Assembly (NCBI GenBank): GCA_000146045.2 | Contig: BK006938.2 | Location: forward strand, 416,001 to 480,000 | DNA from: TPA_inf: Saccharomyces | Lineage: Eukaryota | Reading direction: 5' to 3' | Length of the DNA: 64,000 nt | Shown: positions 1-13,066 of the stretch, piece by piece | Position numbering within the stretch: position 1 is the stretch's first letter | Layout of the letters: each line of letters opens with the position of its first letter | Made by a program: the position numbers and the translations under genes | The notes under the pieces: generated by a model | Seen by the model: the letters and a program-made list of their open reading frames with translations, nothing else | The model's database searches: none | Told to the model about the DNA's origin: nothing

Positions 1-708
1 TTGCTCTTGTTGCAAACAATTTTCTTCTATTTCATCCTCTTCATCATCACTGATATCGTCGTCATCAGAGTCAAATTCATTGTTAAAAATAGCTCTCGCA
101 TCCTCATTGTTTATTGCGGCGCTATTATCTTGAAGTGACCACTGCATTTTCGGATTATAATTATCCTCATAGAAAAGCACTTCTTCATCATTACCATATA
201 GATTGTCACCGTTATCGAAAAAATCGTTGGAAATTTTAACATCATAATTGAACGTATTCCGTGTCGGTACATACGGGTCTGATACTTTCATTATATTCTT
301 TAGATTGACGGTCTTCTGCAATGGGGTTTCGCTAGCACCCTTAATCTCGTTTGGTATGAGATGGACATTATTAATCTGTCTATCGTTGGCCGTTGCTTCA
401 CTAGTCGTAAAAGAGGTGGTGGTAGTTAAAGTAGGATCCGCGTATTTGTTGAATATCGGGAAATGGTAGGTTTGTTGTGGGGGTATCGAAGCTGCACTCG
501 ATTCATTCTGGTGTTGTAATGAATGATTCCACGTAAAAGTGTTGTTTTCCTTGTTCTTATTCACCAACTTATATGGAGTAATACTAGCATTTGGATGATA
601 GTTTTGATAATGACTCGTAAACTGACTGTGACCTGGATTAGTATGGTACAACTCGTCTTCTAAAATATCCGTTAAGGTTCTTTTTAGGCTAAGTTCCGTA
701 GAAGCCAT
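1..708 (-). CDS. RPN4: RPN4 (YDL020C) proteasome-gene transcription factor, N-terminal 236 codons; C-terminus lies beyond the left window edge
   Basis: Minus-strand ATG at 708..706 opens MASTELSLKRTLTDILEDELYHTNPGHSQ... and the frame stays open to position 1 (...MQWSLQDNSAAINNEDARAIFNNEFDSDDDDISDDEEDE). Not in the ORF track because there is no in-window stop. Protein recognised from memory. Confidence 0.85.
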   Translation of the reverse strand, partial: MASTELSLKRTLTDILEDELYHTNPGHSQFTSHYQNYHPNASITPYKLVNKNKENNTFTWNHSLQHQNESSAASIPPQQTYHFPIFNKYADPTLTTTTSFTTSEATANDRQINNVHLIPNEIKGASETPLQKTVNLKNIMKVSDPYVPTRNTFNYDVKISNDFFDNGDNLYGNDEEVLFYEDNYNPKMQWSLQDNSAAINNEDARAIFNNEFDSDDDDISDDEEDEIEENCLQQEQ

Positions 709-1043
709 GATTGCTTGAAAATTCTAGAAAACTTTTGAAAAGATACAAATTAGCTATTAGTACTATCTACTATTAGTTCAACTAAAAAGCGGAGTTCTTC
801 CTTGAGGAGAAAAGGATGAACAAAATGGAACTGATCTACTCCTTAAATATTCCACGCCAAGAAGAAAAAAGAGTTTCGGGTTTATCTTTAATTTATATTA
901 GAGATAAAACGTATCCTCCTCCTTGAACGATAAAAAATTATCCGTGTGGGTTAGGCTGCTCATCCCGGGCTTTCCCCAAATTGGGCTTCGAACTATTCTT
1001 TCCTTATATAGAATTGCTCTCCTCAACAAGTTTCGCCGAAACG

Positions 1044-1056
1044 GAACTTTCTAGAA
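1044..1056. promoter_or_regulatory. Heat-shock element, perfect nGAAnnTTCnnGAAn (GAACTTTCTAGAA), in the RPN4 promoter
   Basis: Read directly from sequence, about 340 bp upstream of the RPN4 ATG. RPN4 is a known Hsf1 target. Confidence 0.6.
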
Positions 1057-1075
1057 CCATCACTGTAAACGGCTA

Positions 1076-1082
1076 TTAGTAA
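1076..1082. promoter_or_regulatory. Yap1 response element TTAGTAA (TTACTAA on the other strand) in the RPN4 promoter
   Basis: Exact heptamer. RPN4 is a known Yap1 target. Confidence 0.5.
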
Positions 1083-1089
1083 TAGCGAT

Positions 1090-1095
1090 CACGTG
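1090..1095. promoter_or_regulatory. CACGTG E-box inside the palindrome GATCACGTGATT (Cbf1/Pho4-type site)
   Basis: Read directly from sequence. Functional assignment is inference. Confidence 0.35.
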
Positions 1096-1099
1096 ATTA

Positions 1100-1107
1100 T
1101 CCGTGGA
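1100..1107 (+). promoter_or_regulatory. PDRE variant TCCGTGGA (Pdr1/Pdr3 site) in the RPN4 promoter
   Basis: Exact octamer. An inverted second copy lies at 1143..1150 (TCCACGGA, equal to TCCGTGGA on the minus strand). RPN4 is known to be Pdr1/Pdr3-regulated. Confidence 0.6.
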
Positions 1108-1142
1108 AAGGTTCGTACGGGCTGAGGCACCTTTCTTTGAGT

Positions 1143-1150
1143 TCCACGGA
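1143..1150 (-). promoter_or_regulatory. Second PDRE variant (TCCGTGGA on the minus strand) in the RPN4 promoter
   Basis: Read directly from sequence. Forms an inverted pair with 1100..1107, spaced about 35 bp. Confidence 0.6.
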
Positions 1151-1662
1151 ACTTGTTATTACAGGAACAGAAAGGTAGTAAAAAAAGAAGTAACGTCCTC
1201 TCAGTGCATATAGTTTGATCTCTATAACAATCCGTAGTTGGTTTTCTCAACAATTAATATTGAATACGTTAGTGATGATTGGTTTTCAACCTCTGCCGCT
1301 AATTTAGGCACAGTTCTATCGCAGCCGTAATGGAGGCATTATATAGCACTTTAGCGTCGTAACGAAGGGTTATGGTAACCGCCTAACGATTTTATTTACT
1401 CGCTTGTTGCTTGCTTTGTAATTGGTTATATGGATTTCAAAATAATATGGTCATCTGACCATGGTGACATAACCAAAGTGTTCGAAAAGATAACTAAATT
1501 GATACATCTAGGAAAACTGAAGGAAATCCCTATTGTTAAGTAAACATACTATATATGCCAAAAGAAACAAATGTGCGGTAGAATAAAATACAATTCAGTA
1601 CAATAAAATACATTCAAAATACATACAAGTACCAGGAAAAAAGCTCGCATAAAAAAGGCGTG

Positions 1663-4600
1663 TTAAAAAATGTCACCACAATCTTTCAAATCATGATCTC
1701 TTCTTTTAACCCAATATTTGCCCGTATATCTCCAATATTTAGCTTTTGTGATGGGATGAGTATCCCTGACGAACCATTGTGGGTGATATTCAAGGTTATT
1801 TTCCTCCCTTTTTCTGCGTGCTGCTCTTTGCTTTTCTTCAACTCTGAATTTCTCATCACCAGCTTCGTCATAACGCCCATCTTCCATTGCTCTTTGATCT
1901 GGTCTCAAACGTGTATCTGTGGGGGGTAACCATGGCAATAGATGTGGTTGTGGAGCATTCAGCGTGATAGCAAAAGGTGTTAAATTGAATGGCTCCTCAG
2001 GACGGTCGTTTGCCTTCCATATTAAAAACTTCGTTCCGTCATCCGTAGGCCCATTCCCTGCTGATGCAGCGGTTCTAGTTTTCTCCAACGAGAGATCGCC
2101 ATCTTTTACTACTTTCTTGGCAAAAATAGCTTCATTCCAGTGTCCTCCTAGGATCCACACCTTCTGTTTTTTCTTGTTGTAGACTTCGCCTGTGATTTCA
2201 TATGCTCCTGATGACCTCCATCCCCTTGCTTTGAAATACAACTTGCAATGATCACCGGTTGTGTGATTGACAACGTTCACTTCACCGTGGTTATCAACTT
2301 GTGGATTACCAATGAGAATACCTATAACAGTATTGTTGGGCTTCTTCCAAGTATACAGTTCCTCTTTTTCATTGTCATTTGGACGCAACTTAATGTGCCA
2401 TAATCCTAAGTGCTTAACATTGAAAGATCTGCCATTGAATTTAGTATCAACAAATGATTCACCCCAAAAGTCCCATCTTGGTGATTCAGTCCATGTTGCA
2501 GATATAGGAGGGTGATGTGAAACCTGCTCGGTGAAAAATCTGTACTGTTTATCTGGTCGAGAATACTCAAATGTTTCACCCAACAATGGGTTGAAGGGTT
2601 TCGCAACTCTTTTTGTAGTAGATGCGTATGAAGATGCGGTAAATGCCGCAACATATAGAGTTCTCAGTGTTGAATCTTCAAACGTTGCAGCCTGGTCTAA
2701 TAGTTCGGAATACTCCAAATCCTCTGCCACTCTTTGTAAAAGAGATGTAGGCTCATTGAAAGTAACTGGTAACGTCATTCTTGTCATATCTTTGCCCACC
2801 ATCGATTTCAGAACGGCCCAAAGACTAATCTTTGGTCTATCGTCCTTATCCATAGATAGTCTTTTTCTAATACCATCTTCATAACCAAGATAGGACCCTT
2901 CTTTGAGTAAATATTCTTCTTTTCTTTTTTGCACTGTAGTGACAGCAACTATGGTCTTTTCACCGATAACTGAAGATGCTATCTCTTTAGTTTTCTCCTT
3001 TACTTGGCTCTCTTTGTCCTCCGCTTTGAAGTTTTTCAGTGATTGATCAGTTTTTGGTTCATCTTCTGTAACTAGATTATTTTGTTTTTCAAATTTTTGG
3101 CTTGTTTTCTCAACATTTGACTCTATTTTGCTTTTTTCGTCCTGGACATACTGGCTGTCGTTATCTGTTTCATTTGGAACTGGGGGAGGAGCATGCTTGG
3201 GAGCTGCAGCGGTCGAAATTTCAGGATGAGCCTCTGTTAATTCAGTTACTTCATCCACCAATTCCGCGGCATCATAAAACTCATCAGCATCAGATGCTTC
3301 ATCTTCTTCCTTTGTAGCGCTGATAAATTTCGCAATTTGACCGAGAGTACTTGCCGTAGTATCTGATTCCTGTTCTTTGTCATTTTCTAAGGATTCCTTG
3401 TTGCCGGCAGTGGCATGTGATTCCAGCAATTTCTTGTGTAGTATCTTTTTCAAACCTCTTCTTTCTTTATCAATAGATGCTAGACGTTCGGTTTTGTTGG
3501 ACAACTCCATTTCTAATTCTTTCACAGATTGCACCCAAACGTTATTGACATCACCTTGCTTTGAAACCATATCCACTAATCTTTTGTCTCTTTTATAAGT
3601 CAAGTCCTTCAACTTACCAAAAATGGTTGATGTGTTGATGAGGCTCTTCTTTATTGTGAGCCAAACCTCAGGACTTGGCTCCTCTTGTTCAATTAGTTCA
3701 ATCAAAGAACTCAACTCTATACTGATTGCTTGTTCATACATATCAAGTTTCTCCTTATATGGCCCATACTGTGCTTTGATGTATTCTTCATCACGATCAA
3801 AATTTATTCCAAGGTCTTCCTCTTCATCATCTGAATTTGCCTCATCACCCTCGAAATTATCAATATAGTTATTATCACTCAAGGAAGCAGTAGATCCTGT
3901 TGTGGTGTTAGACTGGCTCAAATTCGCACCGTTAGGGACTTTATCTATAGGACTAGCTACACCTGAGCCACTTTGCATACTCCGGTTACTTTTCAAGGTA
4001 TTACTACTGCGGACCCTTTGCAGAGCTGAACCTGTGTGTACTCCAACGGGGGTTTTGCTACCATCCAGCCGGTTTTCAATCATTTTACTAACAAAGCGCT
4101 TGCCAGATTCAGTCAAATTATCGTTTAGTTGGATTTCGCTGGATACGACGGACAGGTTGTTGCTTGGTCTCCGATAAAGACTCACAGAGGAGGGCTGAAT
4201 AACTTCCTTGTGTAATGTGTGCTGATAGTATTGCGAAGCTTCAGGAAGAGATCCTTGTGTTTTGGAATGCGATATCAGGGCTGGAGATTTGTTCTTCAAG
4301 GCCAATGATGGTGGTACTGCCTTTTTTTTGTTTAATATCTCCTTGTCTTTGGCGAATCTAATAGCGCTTTGTATAGCATTGACCCACCTAGTCGTTTCAA
4401 TGGGATGATTGCCCTTTAAGCGCCACCTTGTTGTGCCTGTGATGCCACCTAGCAACTCGAAATTCAGTTTTTCTGAAGAATCGATGTGTAAGCGGCACGT
4501 CGAAACTTTTAAAGTACCACGAGGCCTATCAACATGCGATTGGTCTTTGTAATATGACAGATTTCCGTCGCCACTTAAAATGAACCAACGTAATTTGTAG

Positions 4601-5514
4601 CCATGGGCAAAATTTGTCCATTTCTTTAAAAACCCCTTATACGTAGGAGGCTTACTTGATGCGACATCTTCGTGAACAATAGCTTGTTCTCTCAGATTCT
4701 TTTCAAGTAGATTCTTTAACTTAATTTCCGGTGTAACGTTGTTCGACGGTTTAGCGGGTAGTTTTATATTTTTGACTAAATCCAATGGCGACCGTCCCTT
4801 CCCATCTTTAACTGTTGCTTCTGCACCATGTTTCAGCAGCCATTGACACATTTCAATGTCTTTTTTTTGCGAATATTCATACAGAAGTGTCGTTCCGGTT
4901 TCAGGATCTATGCCATTAATATCTAGTAAATTTAGGTTTCTTGGATTTTTCCAAATAGAGTCCAATTTCGAAAAGTCTCTTTTATTCATGGCTGCTCTCA
5001 AAGAATGAACTGTTTCCAAAAAATAGTCATCTCTTTTCAATTGAATCATTTGTGCTACATTCAAATCTTTGCACATGTCCAAAGGCTGCTGATGAGCTTT
5101 ATTCTTGACACAATCATTGATAGACTTCTGGCTAAGAAGGAAACTGATCACATCCGACCGAGATTGAGCAGCAGCCAAGTGCAATGGAGTATTGCCATTT
5201 TCATCCTGATAATTCAAATCTAGATGGATACCATCATCGCTTTTACTCGAACTCTTCTCATCACCTACTTGGTCCACCCAATGAGCAACAATTTCCTTGA
5301 TAAGAAGAATAGGGGCCACCTGGACAGCATAATGTAAAATTAAATTAAGAACTTGCTGTACAGATGGGTCGTCTTTAGGTTGAAATTCATTGTCCACAAG
5401 CGCCTTTAAATGTTTGAAATCCCCCTGACCCAAAACTTCCAGCAGCTTCACTTTGAGTAAAGGTTTGCTCACTTGGTTGAGATCTTCAGCAATGGACAAG
5501 TCTTCCCTAGACAT
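1663..5514 (-). CDS. OSH2: OSH2 oxysterol-binding protein homolog (ankyrin repeats, PH domain, ORD domain), 1283 aa
   Basis: 1283-aa ORF with ATG verified at 5514..5512. Ankyrin repeat signature NGNTPLHLAA; OSBP signature near the C-terminus (EQVSHHPPISA). Length matches OSH2. Confidence 0.95.
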   Translation of the reverse strand: MSREDLSIAEDLNQVSKPLLKVKLLEVLGQGDFKHLKALVDNEFQPKDDPSVQQVLNLILHYAVQVAPILLIKEIVAHWVDQVGDEKSSSKSDDGIHLDLNYQDENGNTPLHLAAAQSRSDVISFLLSQKSINDCVKNKAHQQPLDMCKDLNVAQMIQLKRDDYFLETVHSLRAAMNKRDFSKLDSIWKNPRNLNLLDINGIDPETGTTLLYEYSQKKDIEMCQWLLKHGAEATVKDGKGRSPLDLVKNIKLPAKPSNNVTPEIKLKNLLEKNLREQAIVHEDVASSKPPTYKGFLKKWTNFAHGYKLRWFILSGDGNLSYYKDQSHVDRPRGTLKVSTCRLHIDSSEKLNFELLGGITGTTRWRLKGNHPIETTRWVNAIQSAIRFAKDKEILNKKKAVPPSLALKNKSPALISHSKTQGSLPEASQYYQHTLHKEVIQPSSVSLYRRPSNNLSVVSSEIQLNDNLTESGKRFVSKMIENRLDGSKTPVGVHTGSALQRVRSSNTLKSNRSMQSGSGVASPIDKVPNGANLSQSNTTTGSTASLSDNNYIDNFEGDEANSDDEEEDLGINFDRDEEYIKAQYGPYKEKLDMYEQAISIELSSLIELIEQEEPSPEVWLTIKKSLINTSTIFGKLKDLTYKRDKRLVDMVSKQGDVNNVWVQSVKELEMELSNKTERLASIDKERRGLKKILHKKLLESHATAGNKESLENDKEQESDTTASTLGQIAKFISATKEEDEASDADEFYDAAELVDEVTELTEAHPEISTAAAPKHAPPPVPNETDNDSQYVQDEKSKIESNVEKTSQKFEKQNNLVTEDEPKTDQSLKNFKAEDKESQVKEKTKEIASSVIGEKTIVAVTTVQKRKEEYLLKEGSYLGYEDGIRKRLSMDKDDRPKISLWAVLKSMVGKDMTRMTLPVTFNEPTSLLQRVAEDLEYSELLDQAATFEDSTLRTLYVAAFTASSYASTTKRVAKPFNPLLGETFEYSRPDKQYRFFTEQVSHHPPISATWTESPRWDFWGESFVDTKFNGRSFNVKHLGLWHIKLRPNDNEKEELYTWKKPNNTVIGILIGNPQVDNHGEVNVVNHTTGDHCKLYFKARGWRSSGAYEITGEVYNKKKQKVWILGGHWNEAIFAKKVVKDGDLSLEKTRTAASAGNGPTDDGTKFLIWKANDRPEEPFNLTPFAITLNAPQPHLLPWLPPTDTRLRPDQRAMEDGRYDEAGDEKFRVEEKQRAARRKREENNLEYHPQWFVRDTHPITKAKYWRYTGKYWVKRRDHDLKDCGDIF

Positions 5515-6832
5515 ATTGTGAAGTTTTCAGTTGGCGAGCTTAAGCTTATGATTATCGATGAAATATGCTAGGTTAAATTTAAAAATTTTCCTTGGGACGA
5601 TTGGTTGATATTCACCTTTGTAATATTAAGCAACTTTGGTAAATAGATTATATACGTTGAAAAAAGAGACCAGAATATCTTGCACTTAAAACCAAAAAAG
5701 AAGCCAAAACTACAAAAAATTCGTGTCGCCTTTCCTTTTCCCTGTTGTTTTGCCTCTTCTCCCTTTGCGAAGCGATTCATTTTAAAAGTTAGAGTAATAC
5801 GATTTCCACGTCGTTCCTCCTTCTCGCGCCAAAGGGGGTAGGGAAGAGAAGGGAGGAGCCCTTGTTATAACGGTTCCGCAGGAGCGAAAAAGACCCTGAG
5901 GCTTTGCCAAGGATAGAAAGAATACCCCAGAGAAAAGGTGAGCAGCAAGTAAGACTCGTTTCGTAGTTAAAAAAAACTGTCAACATTTCGAGCTTGATAT
6001 TAATATTACAAATCATTATTCGTTTGCCAAGAGGAACACATCATTTGTATTTCTTCTTTTGTTGCATTGCAATTGGGCATACTATCTATAGGTCTTGCAA
6101 TGTAATTAAAAACAAGTGCAGAGCTGCTGATATTGCTAATCGGAAAGAGCAAAGAAAGCAGGCTCAAGTCTGAATAAAGCCATGGGATGAGTTATTTCTA
6201 GAGATTCTTGGCATGCGGTTTAAGTCTTTATGTAGCACGTTAGTGAAGCATAATGACGATTTTCTTTTGTTATTTCTGGCTTAACAGTTTTACATTTAGA
6301 TATCTTATAACTATTAAGGCTTTGGGATAGCATGTTCAATCTTGCCTGTAATGCGGATTGACTCTTTGTAAACAATTTTACAAGATACATTAATAGATGA
6401 ATCGGCAATTTTTCTTTTTCAAAGTTGTGTTATATCCTTGTATTTTCTGGCACACTTGCTTATCACTTCTTTCACTAAAAATATAGTTTAACACTCCAAG
6501 AGGAATACCATCCCCAAGCGAGTTGATTGACTGCAAGTGTAATTAAATAGGTGGAAATTGCATGGTGCATATGCCAATGGCTAAGAAAAAATTACTCTTA
6601 CAAAGATTATTTTGTCAATTTCTCGAAGAAAACAATGCTACATTTTGAAATAGGATTTTTTAAATCGTGACATGTGCTTTAATAGAAACGTCACTTCAGC
6701 TCTGTCATTACATAAGATTTAACATGAGCAAAAGGGCTATTTTGGATACGGTATGTCATTCCTTTCCCCTATTAAATATGAAGAACATATATTCTCAAGT
6801 TGATAGAAAATGCAGGAACAATACACAACTAT

Positions 6833-7510
6833 TTACACATTATGCTTTCTCGATTCTCTGAAAATGAACTCCAGTATGGCAATTTGAGCGCAGCTCATTC
6901 CGATGATTAATAATATGCCGTAAATAGAAAACATTACAATTCTATGCTCTGTTGAACAAACGGTGTGATGATTTCTGGTGTTTCTGCTTTTATAGTACTG
7001 TATATTACGTTCCAAAACGTGGAGCTGCCTTTCTATGGTGTCTATAGAATTTTCCACACTGTCTTGCAAGGGATCGGTTTTAGAGTCTCTCAGGTTTCTC
7101 TGCGCCTTTCTCGCCTTGCGTCTTTCATTTCGAATATCATCTTGGCGTTCACAATTGTACTTGAAGTCCAGATCAACAATCTTGTCGTGTGCTTTACCAC
7201 CATAAAAGCAGATAGCATATTCTCCCTTATGTTGGCCTATAAATGACCATTCACCTTGACGTTCACCAGATCTCTCGATTATTGGCTTGTTTTTGTCATC
7301 AGGAGCAAATATTTCGTAGTTAACATCAAAGTCATTGCTCTCTCCTTGCTGTACTGCAAAATAATATGAGATTGTACAGTCAATTTCCGGAGTTAGCGTA
7401 TATAAGCACTCCTTTCGACCTTTATTCAGTTCAAATGTCAACGGTGATGCCTCAGCAAAAAATTGTGCTAAAAAAAAAAACTGGAAGAAAAGTACACATA
7501 AATTGGACAT
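6833..7510 (-). CDS. ERP3: ERP3 p24-family (emp24/GOLD) cargo receptor, 225 aa
   Basis: Signal peptide, GOLD-like domain, coiled coil and C-terminal TM with short tail. ATG verified at 7510. Confidence 0.9.
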   Translation of the reverse strand: MSNLCVLFFQFFFLAQFFAEASPLTFELNKGRKECLYTLTPEIDCTISYYFAVQQGESNDFDVNYEIFAPDDKNKPIIERSGERQGEWSFIGQHKGEYAICFYGGKAHDKIVDLDFKYNCERQDDIRNERRKARKAQRNLRDSKTDPLQDSVENSIDTIERQLHVLERNIQYYKSRNTRNHHTVCSTEHRIVMFSIYGILLIIGMSCAQIAILEFIFRESRKHNV

Positions 7511-7631
7511 GACGGAGTTTTTTAGTCAGTTCACAGTGTCCCTTCAAGTACGGTAACTATCAAGAGCCTTACCAGTTTCTGTCAAGATATTGTCCCCCCA
7601 AATTCTTTCATTGAGGAGAGGATTATGAAGA

Positions 7632-7637
7632 ACGCGT
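7632..7637. promoter_or_regulatory. MCB (MluI cell-cycle box ACGCGT) in the ERP3/CDC7 divergent intergenic region
   Basis: Exact ACGCGT. A second copy lies at 7670..7675. Confidence 0.4.
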
Positions 7638-7669
7638 TCTGTTTTAAAGAGAGAAAAATTCAGGTCAGG

Positions 7670-7675
7670 ACGCGT
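7670..7675. promoter_or_regulatory. MCB ACGCGT (second copy)
   Basis: Exact hexamer, 38 bp from the first copy and about 535 bp upstream of the CDC7 ATG. Confidence 0.4.
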
Positions 7676-8148
7676 TGGTCTCACCTTTGTTGACATAATG
7701 ACCATGACAGTGTAGGAAGTCTAAGTAGTATGTGGAAACCTACGCGATCATACTGATACGTTCGTAAACTTTATCAACGAACGACGCTTTTTTTTTAAAC
7801 CTCTATATAAGCATGTTTTTAGCTTGGGAAATTAAGGTGTAGCCCTGGTTTTGAAGATAATTAAGAATCTAATGGGGCAATGCTTGTGTAGATGACATTT
7901 TATAGAGTAAAATTACTTCCCGTTTAGCTCGATAAACGCCTTAGGCCTACATAAATCTTAAACATTTGTCCCCGGTCAGCTTTTAAATTATGTCTTCTTT
8001 GCCCTGGGGCGTCTTCTTGAACGGCATCAATTTAGTGAGTAGAAGAGCACTTCACATTTCCGCCTAAAATCAATGCAAGAACCATTAACAAAAAAAACCG
8101 CTCAGCAGGCGTAACGGGAAGTAACAGACTACCTTAAATTTTCAATAA

Positions 8149-9732
<1,584 letters not shown>

Positions 9733-10001
9733 CAAAGTGATAAATTACTGCTAGTCTGAAATAATTTCCTTTTCTTTGGAAAGAGAATTTTAAAAGTACT
9801 TACATATTTGCATAGTGAAAGATTTAAATAAAAATTTCTTAAAGTGAAACGGTTTAGCATAATTGGTGGCATGCGCTTAAGATAGTGCCAAATACCAAAA
9901 GGCACAGGTGCAGACGATACTTAAACAATAGTGCTACTACGCCACTTCGTGAAAGCTAATATCTCTTTACCTTGCATTTGGGCATGTTGCAAACAGGAGG
10001 A

Positions 10002-10934
10002 TCAAAATACAAATGGAATCAAGAATGCTCTTCTGGTATGATACTTTTTGTTTTTCTTTTGAGCCCATGCGTACATTTGAGCTGTTGAAACAGTCAAAAA
10101 TAAAACGGCAAATAAATTGAACTTGAACACAAAAGTAAACCAAATCCAAGACCAAACTTCAAAAGTATAGTTGGGAGCAACAAAAAGATTGAAAATACCT
10201 TGATTCAATGGGACACGGATCTTAGCGTTACCATGCTTCTTTTGATAGTCACCCCATAGGCGCAATTTAATGTGGCAATAAAAGTTCCATAGTTCTGAAA
10301 GCACGAAAAGACCAATTAATGTACTCAAGTCATCCAATTTCAAATATGAATAGTATTTGAATAACTTAGCATTCCCAAAGGGGAAGCCGTAGCCAAAGTA
10401 ACCGAATGAAATGAGACCGCTTAGAACCCAGTAATGGAAACAATTTTTGAACAGGTTGAAAATTGGCATAGTAGCTAAAGAGAATTGGTGAACAAATAAG
10501 GTTTCAAATAATCTCTTTCCATAATGTCCTAAAATTAAAAAATATGCAACCCTGTTTAAAAATGGATTATAGTCGGAGCTAGCACTGTGCCATCTATCAA
10601 CAACTGTGGGAATGGTAGATAGATAATAAAAAAGGGAGTGAACCAAGACTGGACCCAAATACTCACAAAAGAAGACTAATCTCCATGAAATTTGGGGACC
10701 CAAATCTTTGATGAAGAATTCCATTGAGTCATCAGCCTCTTCTTGAAAAAACGATTCTGAAATAACCGGAACTTGTTTAGATTCCTTTTTGTAGGTTAAT
10801 CTTATCCTGTACTTGCTGATATTGTGGTTATTAGCAGAGATTTTTTTCAAAACATCATCTAAAGTAGGCTTTTTGGATAAGTCAATTTCAGTGTCCCTTA
10901 ACCCTTTAGAGCGGCTTTTTATGGTGATAGGCAT
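10002..10934 (-). CDS. TSC13: TSC13 very-long-chain enoyl-CoA reductase, 310 aa
   Basis: The track ORF begins with TTG-AAA-ATG. The true ATG at 10934 gives MPITIKSRSKGLRD... Multi-TM steroid 5-alpha-reductase-like C-terminus. Confidence 0.9.
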   Translation of the reverse strand: MPITIKSRSKGLRDTEIDLSKKPTLDDVLKKISANNHNISKYRIRLTYKKESKQVPVISESFFQEEADDSMEFFIKDLGPQISWRLVFFCEYLGPVLVHSLFYYLSTIPTVVDRWHSASSDYNPFLNRVAYFLILGHYGKRLFETLFVHQFSLATMPIFNLFKNCFHYWVLSGLISFGYFGYGFPFGNAKLFKYYSYLKLDDLSTLIGLFVLSELWNFYCHIKLRLWGDYQKKHGNAKIRVPLNQGIFNLFVAPNYTFEVWSWIWFTFVFKFNLFAVLFLTVSTAQMYAWAQKKNKKYHTRRAFLIPFVF

Positions 10935-11135
10935 TTTCAAATTAAATTCAAAATATGTATCTCTCTCAAATAGCTCAATTGGTTTCTAGATAGCTAAATA
11001 GAATATAATCTTACTGTCCTCCGTTCTGTAAAATTCACGCTCTTAGTCCCTTTTCATAATTCCTTAACTTTTTGCGTACAAAATGATATGTTTATTATAT
11101 TTTTCTTTTTTTTTTTTCAAATTTTTTCTTTTTCT

Positions 11136-11146
11136 TGAAAAATTTT
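11136..11146. promoter_or_regulatory. RRPE (TGAAAAATTTT) ribosome-biogenesis promoter element upstream of NOP1
   Basis: Exact match to the RRPE consensus, about 220 bp upstream of the NOP1 ATG, flanked by poly(dT) tracts. A PAC-like CTCATCTC (one mismatch) lies nearby at about 11161. Confidence 0.55.
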
Positions 11147-11342
11147 TCAAATTGGAAAGCTCATCTCTCTTGAATGTATAATACTTTCTTCCTCTAACTT
11201 TCAAAAAGTTTTACATAGCCAAGAAGTTTTCCTTACATCGGTATACTACTGTTATATAAGTTATTCTTCGAGAAACAATTAGATATCATTCATCGGATAA
11301 ATCTAAGTTGCCCATTGCTTTCAATAACTCCGATCAAATTAA

Positions 11343-12347
<1,005 letters not shown>

Positions 12348-13066
12348 GTTGAATAAAGGAAATTAGTCAAAAGTTTCTGGTAGCTTGCTCAATTATTAGC
12401 AGAATAATTGTTTCGTTTATATATATTTCCCCCATTCAGTTTCACTTCCTATTTGAAGTTTTTGTAACCCTCGACTTTGTAAAATAGATATTACTAAATT
12501 CTTTTAGAGAACAAAAGTATTGTACGTATTCGCCATATAAAAAAAAAAGAGTATATGTGGTGACTTTTTGGTCATTAATTGTTAAGAGCAAGCAAGTAGA
12601 AATCATAATCATATTTCGAGTTTTTTAAAGGTAGGAACAATATCGATAAGCTGTTCTCCAGTCTCGACACTGTTTGATGACCATATATCATTAATTCTTG
12701 TAACACTACATCATAGATTTCTCTTTATCCTTGGATTGAATCTGAAAAAATTTTGATAGAGTCTTTTGTTCAAAGTGTCACTTCTTCATCTGTCACTCTT
12801 ACGTATTTTTTTTTTTTTGGCTTTGCCCATAAGAAACATCACTGTATACGCAAGGTCGCAATATTTACTATTTAACATGGATGAGAGGCAGTGTGCGACC
12901 AAAACGAAGACTTAATCATTAAGAAGAGCGTGTGTTGCGTTGATTGGTAATAACCAAGTCGAAATTTGCACTAGGAGCTTCAGTCTAGGAGTGAACTTTT
13001 GAAAAGATTTCAGTCCAAAAATTATTATTTGGAACGCGGAGCTCCTCTAATAGTCGAAATAATAGA

